Shown here one piece after another: positions 1 through 7,879 of a stretch of 14,119 nt of DNA. The notes beneath the pieces were generated by a model. It was not told the DNA's origin. It worked only from the letters and a program-made list of their open reading frames with translations, and ran no database searches. Position 1 is the stretch's first letter; the number at the start of each line of letters is the position of its first letter. The stretch covers positions 1 through 14,119 of the forward strand of contig CAXGMD010000081.1 in assembly GCA_964010765.1 (NCBI GenBank), written 5' to 3'. The stretch comes from an uncultured bacterium (GTDB taxonomy: Bacteria; SAR324; NAC60-12). The translations under genes were made by a program, and so were the position numbers.

Positions 1-321
1 TGCACGAATTTCAGAAGCCTTGATGGTGGCTGTAACGATGATCCCTGAGCCAGGTTTCATGGAATGAATCAGACCTCGTTCTCCAAAGATCACATCTTCC
101 ACCTGCCCACCGTTCATCACCATGATGAAGACTGCATCCACTGAAGAACCCATTTCATGGGGATCAGCGACGGCATTTCCACCAAGCGCTTTAAAAGCTT
201 CCAAACGCTGGACGCTCAGATCATAGCCAAAGGTTTGGAAACCATTCTGGATCAGATTCTTGGCCATCCCGCTTCCCATGTCACCCAAGCCGATCAGACC
301 AACCTTTTGTTTGTTTGCCAT
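1..321 (-). CDS. NAD(P)-dependent beta-hydroxyacid dehydrogenase (3-hydroxyisobutyrate / tartronate-semialdehyde reductase / LtnD-like family); 5' part, truncated by the window edge
   Basis: Not in the ORF track; translated by hand from ATG at 321 on the minus strand: MANKQKVGLIGLGDMGSGMAKNLIQNGFQTFGYDLSVQRLEAFKALGG...DAVFIMVMNGGQVEDVIFGERGLIHSMKPGSGIIVTATI. It has the Rossmann GLGxMG..MA.NL motif and stays open to position 1. Confidence 0.9.
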   Translation of the reverse strand, partial: MANKQKVGLIGLGDMGSGMAKNLIQNGFQTFGYDLSVQRLEAFKALGGNAVADPHEMGSSVDAVFIMVMNGGQVEDVIFGERGLIHSMKPGSGIIVTATIKASEIRA

Positions 322-372
322 CAAATGCCAATTAACTGAAAAATTGAGACGGAGATATCTAGAAAGCGTCGA

Positions 373-401
373 ACCATACCCTGCAACCGGTTGCATGTCA
401 A
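373..401 (-). promoter_or_regulatory. sigma70-type promoter of the dehydrogenase gene
   Basis: Minus strand reads TTGACA (401-396), a 17-nt spacer, then TATGGT (378-373). Confidence 0.7.
382..395. promoter_or_regulatory. LacI-family operator
   Basis: Perfect 14-bp palindrome TGCAACCGGTTGCA with a central CG, matching the LacI/GalR/CcpA TGNAANCGNTTNCA pattern. It lies in the -35/-10 spacer of the divergent promoter, next to a LacI gene. Confidence 0.8.
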
Positions 402-405
402 CAGT

Positions 406-433
406 TTGACTTGCGAAAGAAGAGAAATATTAT
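406..433 (+). promoter_or_regulatory. sigma70-type promoter of the LacI gene
   Basis: TTGACT (406-411), 16 nt, TATTAT (428-433); back-to-back with the minus-strand -35 box. Confidence 0.55.
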
Positions 434-466
434 GGGGGGGAAATTTTGCCCCAAATCAAAGGACAG

Positions 467-1465
467 ATGTCTACAAAGTCTAGGGTCCCTACAATTTCTC
501 AAATTGCTGAACGAGCTGGTGTCGCCCGCTCTAGCGTTTCCCGGGCATTTACCAGGCCTGAGCTCTTGAGCTCAACGACTGTTTTACGGATCAAAAGAGT
601 TGCGGAAGAACTAGGTTACGTTCCAAATTCCAGTGCAAGAGCATTGAGTACTGGAAAAACAGGGAACATTGCTTTCTTGGTGCCGGATGTGTCAAACCCC
701 TATTTTCCACCGATGATTCGATCCGCACAATTAGCAGCAGAAAATTTGGATTACTGCGTATTCTTGGCTGATTTTGAAGAAAGCGGAGTGAAGGAAGAAA
801 AACTGATCGAAAGATTTGCCGGGAAAGTGGAGGGGGTCATTTTAATTTCCTCGCGAATGCCAGAAGAGCGTTTAGAAGGGTTAGCAGAAAAAATCCCAAT
901 AGTTCTGGTAAACCGTGATGTTTCGGTTATTCCAAGGGTATTGATTGATGCTGGGTCAAGTTTGAAGCAAGCGGTAAGGTTGTTAGCCCATCAGGGTCAT
1001 CAAGAAATCGCTTACTTGAGTGGGCCATCTGTGACATGGACAAATAAGCAAAGGCAGGCAGCAATTTCTGAGGTGACAAATGAACTTGGCTTACGACTCG
1101 TCATCATTCCTACTGAAAAACCCTCATTGGAATCAGGTCAAGCCGTGGTAGATCAGATGATAAAAAGCGGAGTAACAGGAGCAATTGCGTTCAATGACCT
1201 GATTGCTCACGGAATTATGACTGAATTGGATTCACGGTCCTTGGCAGTGCCAGACTCTTTCAGTATCGTTGGATGTGACAACTCAATTTCCCCTTTCACA
1301 AATCCTCCGTTAACCAGTGTATCGAATGAAACTACCGAGGCAGGAAAAATTGCCTGTGAGATGATTATGGGGGTTCTTGGTGAAATGAACTCAAAGAATG
1401 ATCAAAGCAAAGTCTTAGAAACACTACTGATTGAAAGAGAAACCATCGGACCACCATGCAAGTAA
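467..1465 (+). CDS. LacI/GalR family transcriptional regulator
   Basis: N-terminal HTH TISQIAERAGVARSSVSRAF, hinge LGYVPNSSARAL, and sugar-binding domain motifs (VPDVSNPYFP, AFNDLIAHG, VPDSFSIVGCDN, PPLTSV). ATG at 467 with AAAGGA RBS is preferred over TTG at 446. Confidence 0.95.
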   Translation: MSTKSRVPTISQIAERAGVARSSVSRAFTRPELLSSTTVLRIKRVAEELGYVPNSSARALSTGKTGNIAFLVPDVSNPYFPPMIRSAQLAAENLDYCVFLADFEESGVKEEKLIERFAGKVEGVILISSRMPEERLEGLAEKIPIVLVNRDVSVIPRVLIDAGSSLKQAVRLLAHQGHQEIAYLSGPSVTWTNKQRQAAISEVTNELGLRLVIIPTEKPSLESGQAVVDQMIKSGVTGAIAFNDLIAHGIMTELDSRSLAVPDSFSIVGCDNSISPFTNPPLTSVSNETTEAGKIACEMIMGVLGEMNSKNDQSKVLETLLIERETIGPPCK

Positions 1466-1495
1466 AACCTTAAGTGGCCCGTTCATAAAACACGT

Positions 1496-2224
1496 TTATA
1501 AGTGCTCGCTCAGAAAATCTTTGAGTTCCTCCCATGACTGTCGGTCAGCTGATTCATTGTAACCAACGGGGATCCCATATTTTTGTCCTAGCGCTGTAGT
1601 AGCTGGATTTGTGAAACCATGAAGTGCATCAGGGTAGGTTTTGATTACATAATCAGCACCGAGACGATCCATTTCTCTGCTAAATTCCTGAACATTTTCA
1701 GAAGTTACCATTGCATCCGCTTCCCCGTGACAAACCAGAATTTTTGTATGAACATCTCCTGATTCCGCCTGATGATTGGCCCCCAAAGCGCCATGGAAAC
1801 TTGCGACTGCACGAAGTGGCCAACCTTTTCTGGCTGCATGTAAGACTATTGCTCCTCCGAAACAATATCCGATTGCCCCTAATCGGTTAGCATCTACTTC
1901 AGACTGACTTTTCAGAAAGTCCAATGCGGCAAGTACTCTTGCTTCACCATCCTCCATTTTGCTGAGGACTCCATTCATCAATGAACCAGCCTCTGCTGGA
2001 TCGGATGCGATTTTACCTTCCCCATACATATCAACAGCCATTGCCACATAACCAAGCTCAGCCAATTGTTTGGTTCTGAGTTCAAGATATTCTGTGAGAC
2101 CCCACCATTCAGGGAAAACCATTACTCCTGGAAAGGAAAATTCTGCCTTTTCTGGTTTTGAAATAAAGCTCTTCATTACTGTTGAGCCAGCACTGTATGC
2201 TACCCTTGCTGATTCGATTGGCAT
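1496..2224 (-). CDS. dienelactone hydrolase family protein
   Basis: PEWWGL, nucleophile elbow GYCFGG, CHGEAD and catalytic His in YPDALHGF; AGGAGG RBS upstream. Confidence 0.92.
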   Translation of the reverse strand: MPIESARVAYSAGSTVMKSFISKPEKAEFSFPGVMVFPEWWGLTEYLELRTKQLAELGYVAMAVDMYGEGKIASDPAEAGSLMNGVLSKMEDGEARVLAALDFLKSQSEVDANRLGAIGYCFGGAIVLHAARKGWPLRAVASFHGALGANHQAESGDVHTKILVCHGEADAMVTSENVQEFSREMDRLGADYVIKTYPDALHGFTNPATTALGQKYGIPVGYNESADRQSWEELKDFLSEHL

Positions 2225-2286
2225 GGACTTCCTCCTTGAAGAGAGTTTTTAAGATTGGATAGACTTTCTGTCAGTTTTTCATCTTC

Positions 2287-2315
2287 TTGACAGACTAAAT
2301 AAATGAATTTATATT
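2287..2315 (+). promoter_or_regulatory. near-consensus sigma70 promoter for the rpoA-like gene
   Basis: TTGACA (2287-2292), 17 nt, TATATT (2310-2315). Confidence 0.7.
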
Positions 2316-2321
2316 GTAATG

Positions 2322-2484
2322 TTTATCTTCCCACACATTCCGTTAAATCCCTTACGGAGATAAACTCGCTTTCATCACGAAAGCTGAACTCAATGCAAAG
2401 CTTTTTTACACCGAACTGGCGCCCCAAACAAGTTTTGCAATGAATCGGCTTCATTTTCTTTCCGCCCTTGCCTTACGGAGAAAT
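2322..2484 (+). promoter_or_regulatory. putative structured 5' leader of rpoA-like mRNA
   Basis: Four consecutive stem-loops (2338-2359, 2368-2384, 2390-2443, 2455-2483) and an 11-nt direct repeat CCTTACGGAGA (2350-2360 and 2471-2481); the second copy contains the RBS. Confidence 0.4.
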
Positions 2485-3552
2485 ATGAGCAACCTCAAGC
2501 TTTTGTCTGAGGTCAGCCTGCCCCAGAGCCATCAAGCACCTGAAATATATGTTCAGAATTGGACCAACCTTGCGATGCCAAGCAGAATGCGGGTTGATCA
2601 CCGAACTCTCACTTCTTCCTATGGAAGATTCACGATTGAACCACTAGAGCAAGGGTACGCTGTCACTCTGGGCCATTCACTGCGCAAAACCCTACTTGTT
2701 TCCATGAATGGGAGTGCAATTGTGGCTGTGAAGATTGATGGAGTGAAAAAGTCCACAGATGAACTTAAGGGGGTTCAAGGTGGATTGATGAATTTACTAT
2801 TGAATTTAAAGGAAGTTGAGGTCAACCATCAGGATGATGGGATGATTGAGCTTGATCTCACAATTGCTCCAGGTGGTAAATTGGTGGGGAGTGACCTGGC
2901 TGCAAATGGTGAAATCAAAGTCCGCAATCCAAATAAAGAAATTATCCAACTGGAAAAGGGCGTTGGCCTACAATTGAAATTGTATGTCAACAAAGGCCGA
3001 GGATATGTAACCGCTGAAGAGAATGAGAAGCTGAAATTGCCCAAAGGAACGCTGTATCTAGATTCTTACCATTCTCCAATTCGAGAGATTCGATACGAGG
3101 TTGAAAACGCCCGCGTAGATCAGAGGACTGATTACGATCGCCTAATCTTTGAAATCTGGACTTCTGGGACAATCAGCCCCCAGGATAGTCTGGCTAGGGC
3201 GGCTTGGGTCTTAAGAAAACAGTTGGGGCTTTTCATCCATTTTGATGAAAACATTTCCGCAATCCCCATGAATCGCCAGGTCACAGAAGAGCCAGTGCCA
3301 CTGTCTCCAGACTTGTATCGTCCTGTGAGTGAGTTGGAGCTTTCAGTGCGCTCGATCAATTGCCTTCAAAATGCCAAGATTGACTTCATCGGAGAATTGG
3401 TTCAACGAAATGAAAATGAACTGCTTCAAATGAAGAACTTTGGTCGAAAATCATTGAATGAAATCAAAGCAATCCTCATTCAGATGAATCTTTCGTTGGG
3501 AATGGATATCGAAGGATTCGATCCTGACAGCCCTCCTGACAGCGATTTTTGA
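2485..3552 (+). CDS. rpoA: DNA-directed RNA polymerase subunit alpha (divergent, stand-alone copy)
   Basis: Alpha NTD motifs (FTIEPLE.G...TLG..LR, LLNLK, GRGYV, SPI..I.YEVENARV.QRTDYDRL..EIWT.GTISP) and a CTD (ELELSVRSINCL...IGELVQ...KNFGRKSLNEIK). ATG at 2485 with GGAG RBS is preferred over 2440. Confidence 0.93.
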   Translation: MSNLKLLSEVSLPQSHQAPEIYVQNWTNLAMPSRMRVDHRTLTSSYGRFTIEPLEQGYAVTLGHSLRKTLLVSMNGSAIVAVKIDGVKKSTDELKGVQGGLMNLLLNLKEVEVNHQDDGMIELDLTIAPGGKLVGSDLAANGEIKVRNPNKEIIQLEKGVGLQLKLYVNKGRGYVTAEENEKLKLPKGTLYLDSYHSPIREIRYEVENARVDQRTDYDRLIFEIWTSGTISPQDSLARAAWVLRKQLGLFIHFDENISAIPMNRQVTEEPVPLSPDLYRPVSELELSVRSINCLQNAKIDFIGELVQRNENELLQMKNFGRKSLNEIKAILIQMNLSLGMDIEGFDPDSPPDSDF

Positions 3553-3561
3553 TGAAATGAA

Positions 3562-3602
3562 TTGGAGAGGAACCAAAAGTTCTCTCATTGGGTCCTCTCC
3601 AA
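3562..3602. terminator. likely bidirectional intrinsic terminator between convergent rpoA and phytase-like genes
   Basis: TTGGAGAGGA (3562-3571) pairs perfectly with TCCTCTCCAA (3593-3602), with an inner CCAA/TTGG extension and A/T-rich flanks. Confidence 0.7.
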
Positions 3603-3622
3603 ATTTCGTTTAAATCGCCTAC

Positions 3623-5791
3623 TTAATGAATCTTGCCGATTGACCAGAAGAATGTTTCTCCCGAACTATCGTCTACCCCGTCATTATCAGTAGAAACAAA
3701 CATCTCTCCACCCTCATTGATGGCAAGTCCCTCAATCTTATCCACAACAAATCCTCCAAACTGCTTTAAATCAGGGATCAAGTCTTTCACTAATTCTTTG
3801 GAGACGACCGGTAACTTTGAGCTGTTTAGTAGTTGTGGGACCATCTCACTGGCAGGAATCCGATAGATTTTTTTCGTGATTGCGGCATCCCCAATCTGGT
3901 TATCACGTTCGATCACGTAGAAAAAATCTCCATGGGCAACAATCTCAGACATGCCCACCCAGCCTTTGCTTGGCTTGGCCTTTTTGTAGTAAACAGCCCC
4001 CCATTCCCCAGAATCCGTGTTGTAAGACACTAACTTCACATGATCTTTTGGATCATCTTGCCATTCGCGCTGAGTGACCATCCACAGTGTGTTACCAACA
4101 CGGGTAATTCCTTCAAACCCAAAGCGTTTTTCTACATTCAGCAATTGAGGAGGCAGAGAGACTTCCTTTTTGATCTCGCCTTTCGCATTTACATGGTAAA
4201 GGCCATGAGGAATCATGCGATCTGTTCTACCTTCCGATGCTACCCAAAACCCATCTTTGCCATCAGTTGTTATACCCTCAAGATCTAGTTTTTGGGCCGG
4301 ATATCCAGCACGAGTGATGGGGATTCGCTTAACAATCCGTGCTGGCTTTGAGCTTGGATCAATCACGAATATGGTGGGTTGATAACCATAAAAACTGTCG
4401 TTTACGGCATAGATCATCCCGTCAGATTTGGCAACCATTCCAGAAATGGCACCCCAACCGATCAGCTCTGAAGCACCAGCGGATGTCAAGGTAGGGTAGG
4501 TAGCTGGAGCGTCCTGATACTCATAGATCATCACATGCGCTCTCACCCCGCCATCTTCAACCAAATCAACTTCGTTGGCTGTTGCAAAAAGATTTCTCTT
4601 TGGAAGGGCAATCGCCCCTTCAGGAGAAAGTCCTGAGGGAAGCAGCTGTTTCAGCACAGGATTGCTCGGCACGCTCATGTCGTAAACCCCGACTACCGAA
4701 CCTCTTTCAGAGAGCAGGAACATGAAAGGAGTACCATCAAAAGAGGCGAATTCCATCCCTTCCGGCTCTACTCCCTTAGCATCTGAACGTTTGTCTGGAT
4801 AGTGGCCAATCTCAATCAAAGCTTGCTCAAACTTAGCTCCACTTTCATAAACGAGTGTCCCATCCCTCTTGAAGACTGTGAATCCACGACTGCCCCCATC
4901 CATATCACCTTCGTTGGCGATCGCGAACAAGTCATTGTTTAGCCACTGGATACCATCAGGTTCTCGAAGTCTATTTTTCTGCGAGCCATTAAAAATAAGA
5001 GCACCCCGTTCATCCAGAACATCAATCTTTTCAAGGTCCGTAGCTCCTGCGCTGAAATTTGAGATGATTTTCCCATCTCGATCCACCACGGTGATATGAT
5101 TGTTTTCTTGAAGGGTCAACACGGTTTCACCGAGATCGTTGATGTCTACAAATTCCGGTTCAGGATCTTCCGCTCCAATACTTGCCAAGCCTGTCAAGTT
5201 AACCCGCTTCATGGAACCACAAACGAGGTTACCATCACGAACAGAGATCATCACTAGATCACCCGCCGGCATCTGAGGAATTCTTCCATCCCCCAGGTCC
5301 TCATCTCTTTCATTTTCGATGGCTATTGAGATGAATGATCCATCAGGGGCGGAAGCAGTGCTGTCAGGTTGACCGCCCAGTTCACATCGATTGATCTCTT
5401 TTTGGGATTTCAAGTCAATCACATGAACATTACCAGAGGGATTCTTGAAGCTCTCAGAAGTGTTAACTGCCACGAAAGCAGTATTCCCAATCACTGAGAC
5501 GGCAGTAGGTTCTCCCTGCATTTTGAGATTGCCCAAAGCCTTTGGGTCAAGTGGATCTTGAATATCAATCATCCCAATGACCCCAAGCGGGCTATCAGTG
5601 TAGACAAGAATATTTCCATCAGCTGAAGCCGAAATGATCTCAGCAGAACTTTCTTGTTTGGTGTCCTCACCAGTTGCCATGTTGAGGTAAGTCGGAAAGG
5701 ATGAAATTCTGTTGAAATTTTTAGCTGCTTGGACAGCACCGGAAGTTCCCAGGGTCAAGGCGAGGGTTGCCACGAACCATTTAAAGGACAT
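3623..5791 (-). CDS. secreted alkaline-phosphatase-associated beta-propeller (choice-of-anchor-I-like) plus esterase-like-activity-of-phytase domain protein
   Basis: Sec signal peptide (MSFKWFVATLALTLGTSGAVQA), SAEII, GGQPDS, AIENE, DPEPE, EPDG, ANEGD, RSDAKGVEPEG, SPEG, and C-terminal DLEGI, VASEG, GFEGI, ERDN, KIEGL, TDNDG motifs. Confidence 0.8.
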   Translation of the reverse strand: MSFKWFVATLALTLGTSGAVQAAKNFNRISSFPTYLNMATGEDTKQESSAEIISASADGNILVYTDSPLGVIGMIDIQDPLDPKALGNLKMQGEPTAVSVIGNTAFVAVNTSESFKNPSGNVHVIDLKSQKEINRCELGGQPDSTASAPDGSFISIAIENERDEDLGDGRIPQMPAGDLVMISVRDGNLVCGSMKRVNLTGLASIGAEDPEPEFVDINDLGETVLTLQENNHITVVDRDGKIISNFSAGATDLEKIDVLDERGALIFNGSQKNRLREPDGIQWLNNDLFAIANEGDMDGGSRGFTVFKRDGTLVYESGAKFEQALIEIGHYPDKRSDAKGVEPEGMEFASFDGTPFMFLLSERGSVVGVYDMSVPSNPVLKQLLPSGLSPEGAIALPKRNLFATANEVDLVEDGGVRAHVMIYEYQDAPATYPTLTSAGASELIGWGAISGMVAKSDGMIYAVNDSFYGYQPTIFVIDPSSKPARIVKRIPITRAGYPAQKLDLEGITTDGKDGFWVASEGRTDRMIPHGLYHVNAKGEIKKEVSLPPQLLNVEKRFGFEGITRVGNTLWMVTQREWQDDPKDHVKLVSYNTDSGEWGAVYYKKAKPSKGWVGMSEIVAHGDFFYVIERDNQIGDAAITKKIYRIPASEMVPQLLNSSKLPVVSKELVKDLIPDLKQFGGFVVDKIEGLAINEGGEMFVSTDNDGVDDSSGETFFWSIGKIH

Positions 5792-5952
5792 ATGAATCTC
5801 TTGTCGAGGGTTTCGAATTCAGATTGCCTGATGGCAAATCTCAACTCTTCGTTCACTGAAGAGTTTGCTCTACGCCCGAGATTACTGGTCCATTGTTTAG
5901 TTCATGTTAGCAGTCGAACTGCTTCAGGAGTTGAAGTTGATTTTAGAAGCAA

Positions 5953-6411
5953 TTATGAGGATGAACCAAGTTCCACCATATAGATGAGGATCCAATAGCG
6001 TGCAGCCTTTCCAAGAGTCACTAGAATGAGAAAGCGAGCTCTTGAAATGCCCAAGGTCCCAGCGACAATGGTCAAAGGATCTCCGATGACAGGCAACCAG
6101 GCCAGTAGCAAGCTCCACTGCCCATATTTTTGAAACCAGCCTTCAGTTTGTGACCATGTTTGCTGAGTGATCCCCAACCACTTAGCTCCCCGCCCTCGTA
6201 GAATCCCTGCCCCAAATTCCCTGTTCAATAGGGAACCAAGCACATTTCCAAGTGTCGCCCAAAACAAGAGTTTCAATTCGGAATGAGTCCCAGAAAGCAG
6301 TAGCCCCGCAAGCAAGACCTCGGAGCTTCCTGGCAAGAGGGTGGCCGAAAGAAACGCGCTCAGAAATAAACCCCAATGTCCCCAATCGGCTAAAATTGAA
6401 TCCCAGACCAT
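5953..6411 (-). CDS. yqaA: YqaA family (DedA / SNARE-associated) membrane protein
   Basis: LFLSAFLSATLLPGSSE, ATLGNVLGS, KYGQWSLLLAWLPVIGDPLT..AG, GKAARY are the typical YqaA signature motifs. Confidence 0.88.
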   Translation of the reverse strand: MVWDSILADWGHWGLFLSAFLSATLLPGSSEVLLAGLLLSGTHSELKLLFWATLGNVLGSLLNREFGAGILRGRGAKWLGITQQTWSQTEGWFQKYGQWSLLLAWLPVIGDPLTIVAGTLGISRARFLILVTLGKAARYWILIYMVELGSSS

Positions 6412-6561
6412 GCTGCAGTTCTTATTCGAAAAATAGTTTTTTATAGCGAAGCAAATTGTAGCTTACCCCAAGTTGCTAGACAGTTGACTTCTTGATTCAA
6501 GCTGAAATCAACATTTCAAGAAAAGCCTTCCTAAAAAAGACATCTTAATCAGGAGAAATTC

Positions 6562-7749
6562 ATGGGTGCTTTAAGAGAAGTCGTAGTCGTTAGCGGAGTT
6601 CGAACTGCAATCGGTGATTACGGCGGCAGTCTCAAGGATTTTCCTTTGGTAGATCTTGCGGCATCTGTTGTAGCAGAGGCTATCAAGCGAGCTGACGTTG
6701 ACGCATCTAAAATTGGACAAGTAGTGATGGGCAATGTGATTCATACCGATCCACGGGACATGTACCTTTCCCGCTATGCAGCTGTCAAAGGAGGTATTCC
6801 GATCGAAACTCCTGCCTACACTCTGAACCGTCTTTGTGGAAGCGGTCTTCAGGCAATCGTCTGTGCAGCTCAATCAATTCTTTGCGGCGATACAGACGTT
6901 GCTCTGGGAGGAGGTGCAGAATCGATGAGCCGATCCCAATACTGGCTTCCAGGCATGAGATGGGGACAAAGAATGAATGACGGGCAAGTCATTGATGCGA
7001 TGGTTGCAGCCCTCTCTGACCCATTTGATAGTTGCCATATGGGAGTGACTGCAGAAAATGTGGCAAGCCGATGGGAAATTTCAAGAGAAGAGCAAGATCA
7101 ACTGGCTGTGGAAAGCCATCAAAGGGCCCACAGGGCTACTAAAGAAGGATACTTCAAAGGGCAGATCTTACCAATTTCGATCAAGCAAAGAAGACAGATG
7201 ATCTCTTTTGAGAAGGATGAACATATTCGCAGTGATGCCACCACTGAAAGCATGGCTAAGCTGAGAACTGTCTTCAAAGAGGACGGGAGTGTGACTGCGG
7301 GTAACGCCTCTGGTCTAAACGACGCCGCATCTGCAATCATCCTGATGGAACGTTCCAAAGCAGAAAAAGGGAGTAAAGAAATCCTGGGCCGACTTGTTGG
7401 GTATGCACACTCCGGTGTTGATCCTAAATACATGGGTATTGGGCCTGTTCCTGCGATTCAAAAATGTCTGGAGAGCACAGGGTTAACTGTCAAAGATATG
7501 GATGTGATTGAGTTGAATGAAGCCTTTGCAGCGCAAGCTTTGGCAGTAGCTCGAGATCTGAATCTACCAATGGATCGTACTAATCCCAACGGTAGTGGTA
7601 TTTCTCTGGGACATCCAATTGGGGCCACAGGCTGCTTGATCACGGTCAAACTTCTCTATGAATTGAAGAGAATTCAAGGTCGATATGGACTTGTTTCAAT
7701 GTGCATCGGAGGAGGACAAGGCATTGCTGCGATCTTCGAGAGAGTTTAA
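6562..7749 (+). CDS. bktB: acetyl-CoA C-acyltransferase (beta-ketothiolase, BktB-like)
   Basis: Catalytic NRLCGSG, NEAFAAQ, GHPIGATG and MCIGGGQG motifs; BktB-type REVVVVSGVRTAIG and GNVIHTDPRDMYLSR; AGGAG RBS. Confidence 0.9.
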   Translation: MGALREVVVVSGVRTAIGDYGGSLKDFPLVDLAASVVAEAIKRADVDASKIGQVVMGNVIHTDPRDMYLSRYAAVKGGIPIETPAYTLNRLCGSGLQAIVCAAQSILCGDTDVALGGGAESMSRSQYWLPGMRWGQRMNDGQVIDAMVAALSDPFDSCHMGVTAENVASRWEISREEQDQLAVESHQRAHRATKEGYFKGQILPISIKQRRQMISFEKDEHIRSDATTESMAKLRTVFKEDGSVTAGNASGLNDAASAIILMERSKAEKGSKEILGRLVGYAHSGVDPKYMGIGPVPAIQKCLESTGLTVKDMDVIELNEAFAAQALAVARDLNLPMDRTNPNGSGISLGHPIGATGCLITVKLLYELKRIQGRYGLVSMCIGGGQGIAAIFERV

Positions 7750-7810
7750 TTTTTTGGTCTCTAATAAATTTTGTTGCGCAAATTTGAACTTTTGAAATAA
7801 TCGCAATCAG

Positions 7811-7842
7811 GAGGGGAATTATTAAATAATTCCTCTTATTTT
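7811..7842 (+). terminator. hairpin/palindrome between bktB and kamA (bktB terminator or operator)
   Basis: Perfect 9-1-9 inverted repeat GGAATTATT-A-AATAATTCC (7815-7833), extendable with G:U pairs to 7811-7837 and followed by ATTTT. Confidence 0.45.
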
Positions 7843-7879
7843 CAGATCTTTCAATTAACTGATTTTCCAAGGAAATCGA

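Noticed and set aside
157..339. 60-aa plus-strand ORF
   Set aside because: Mostly antisense to the minus-strand dehydrogenase; no motif or RBS.
7815..7833. Fur box
   Set aside because: It has 9-1-9 symmetry but only 9 of 19 identities to GATAATGATAATCATTATC.
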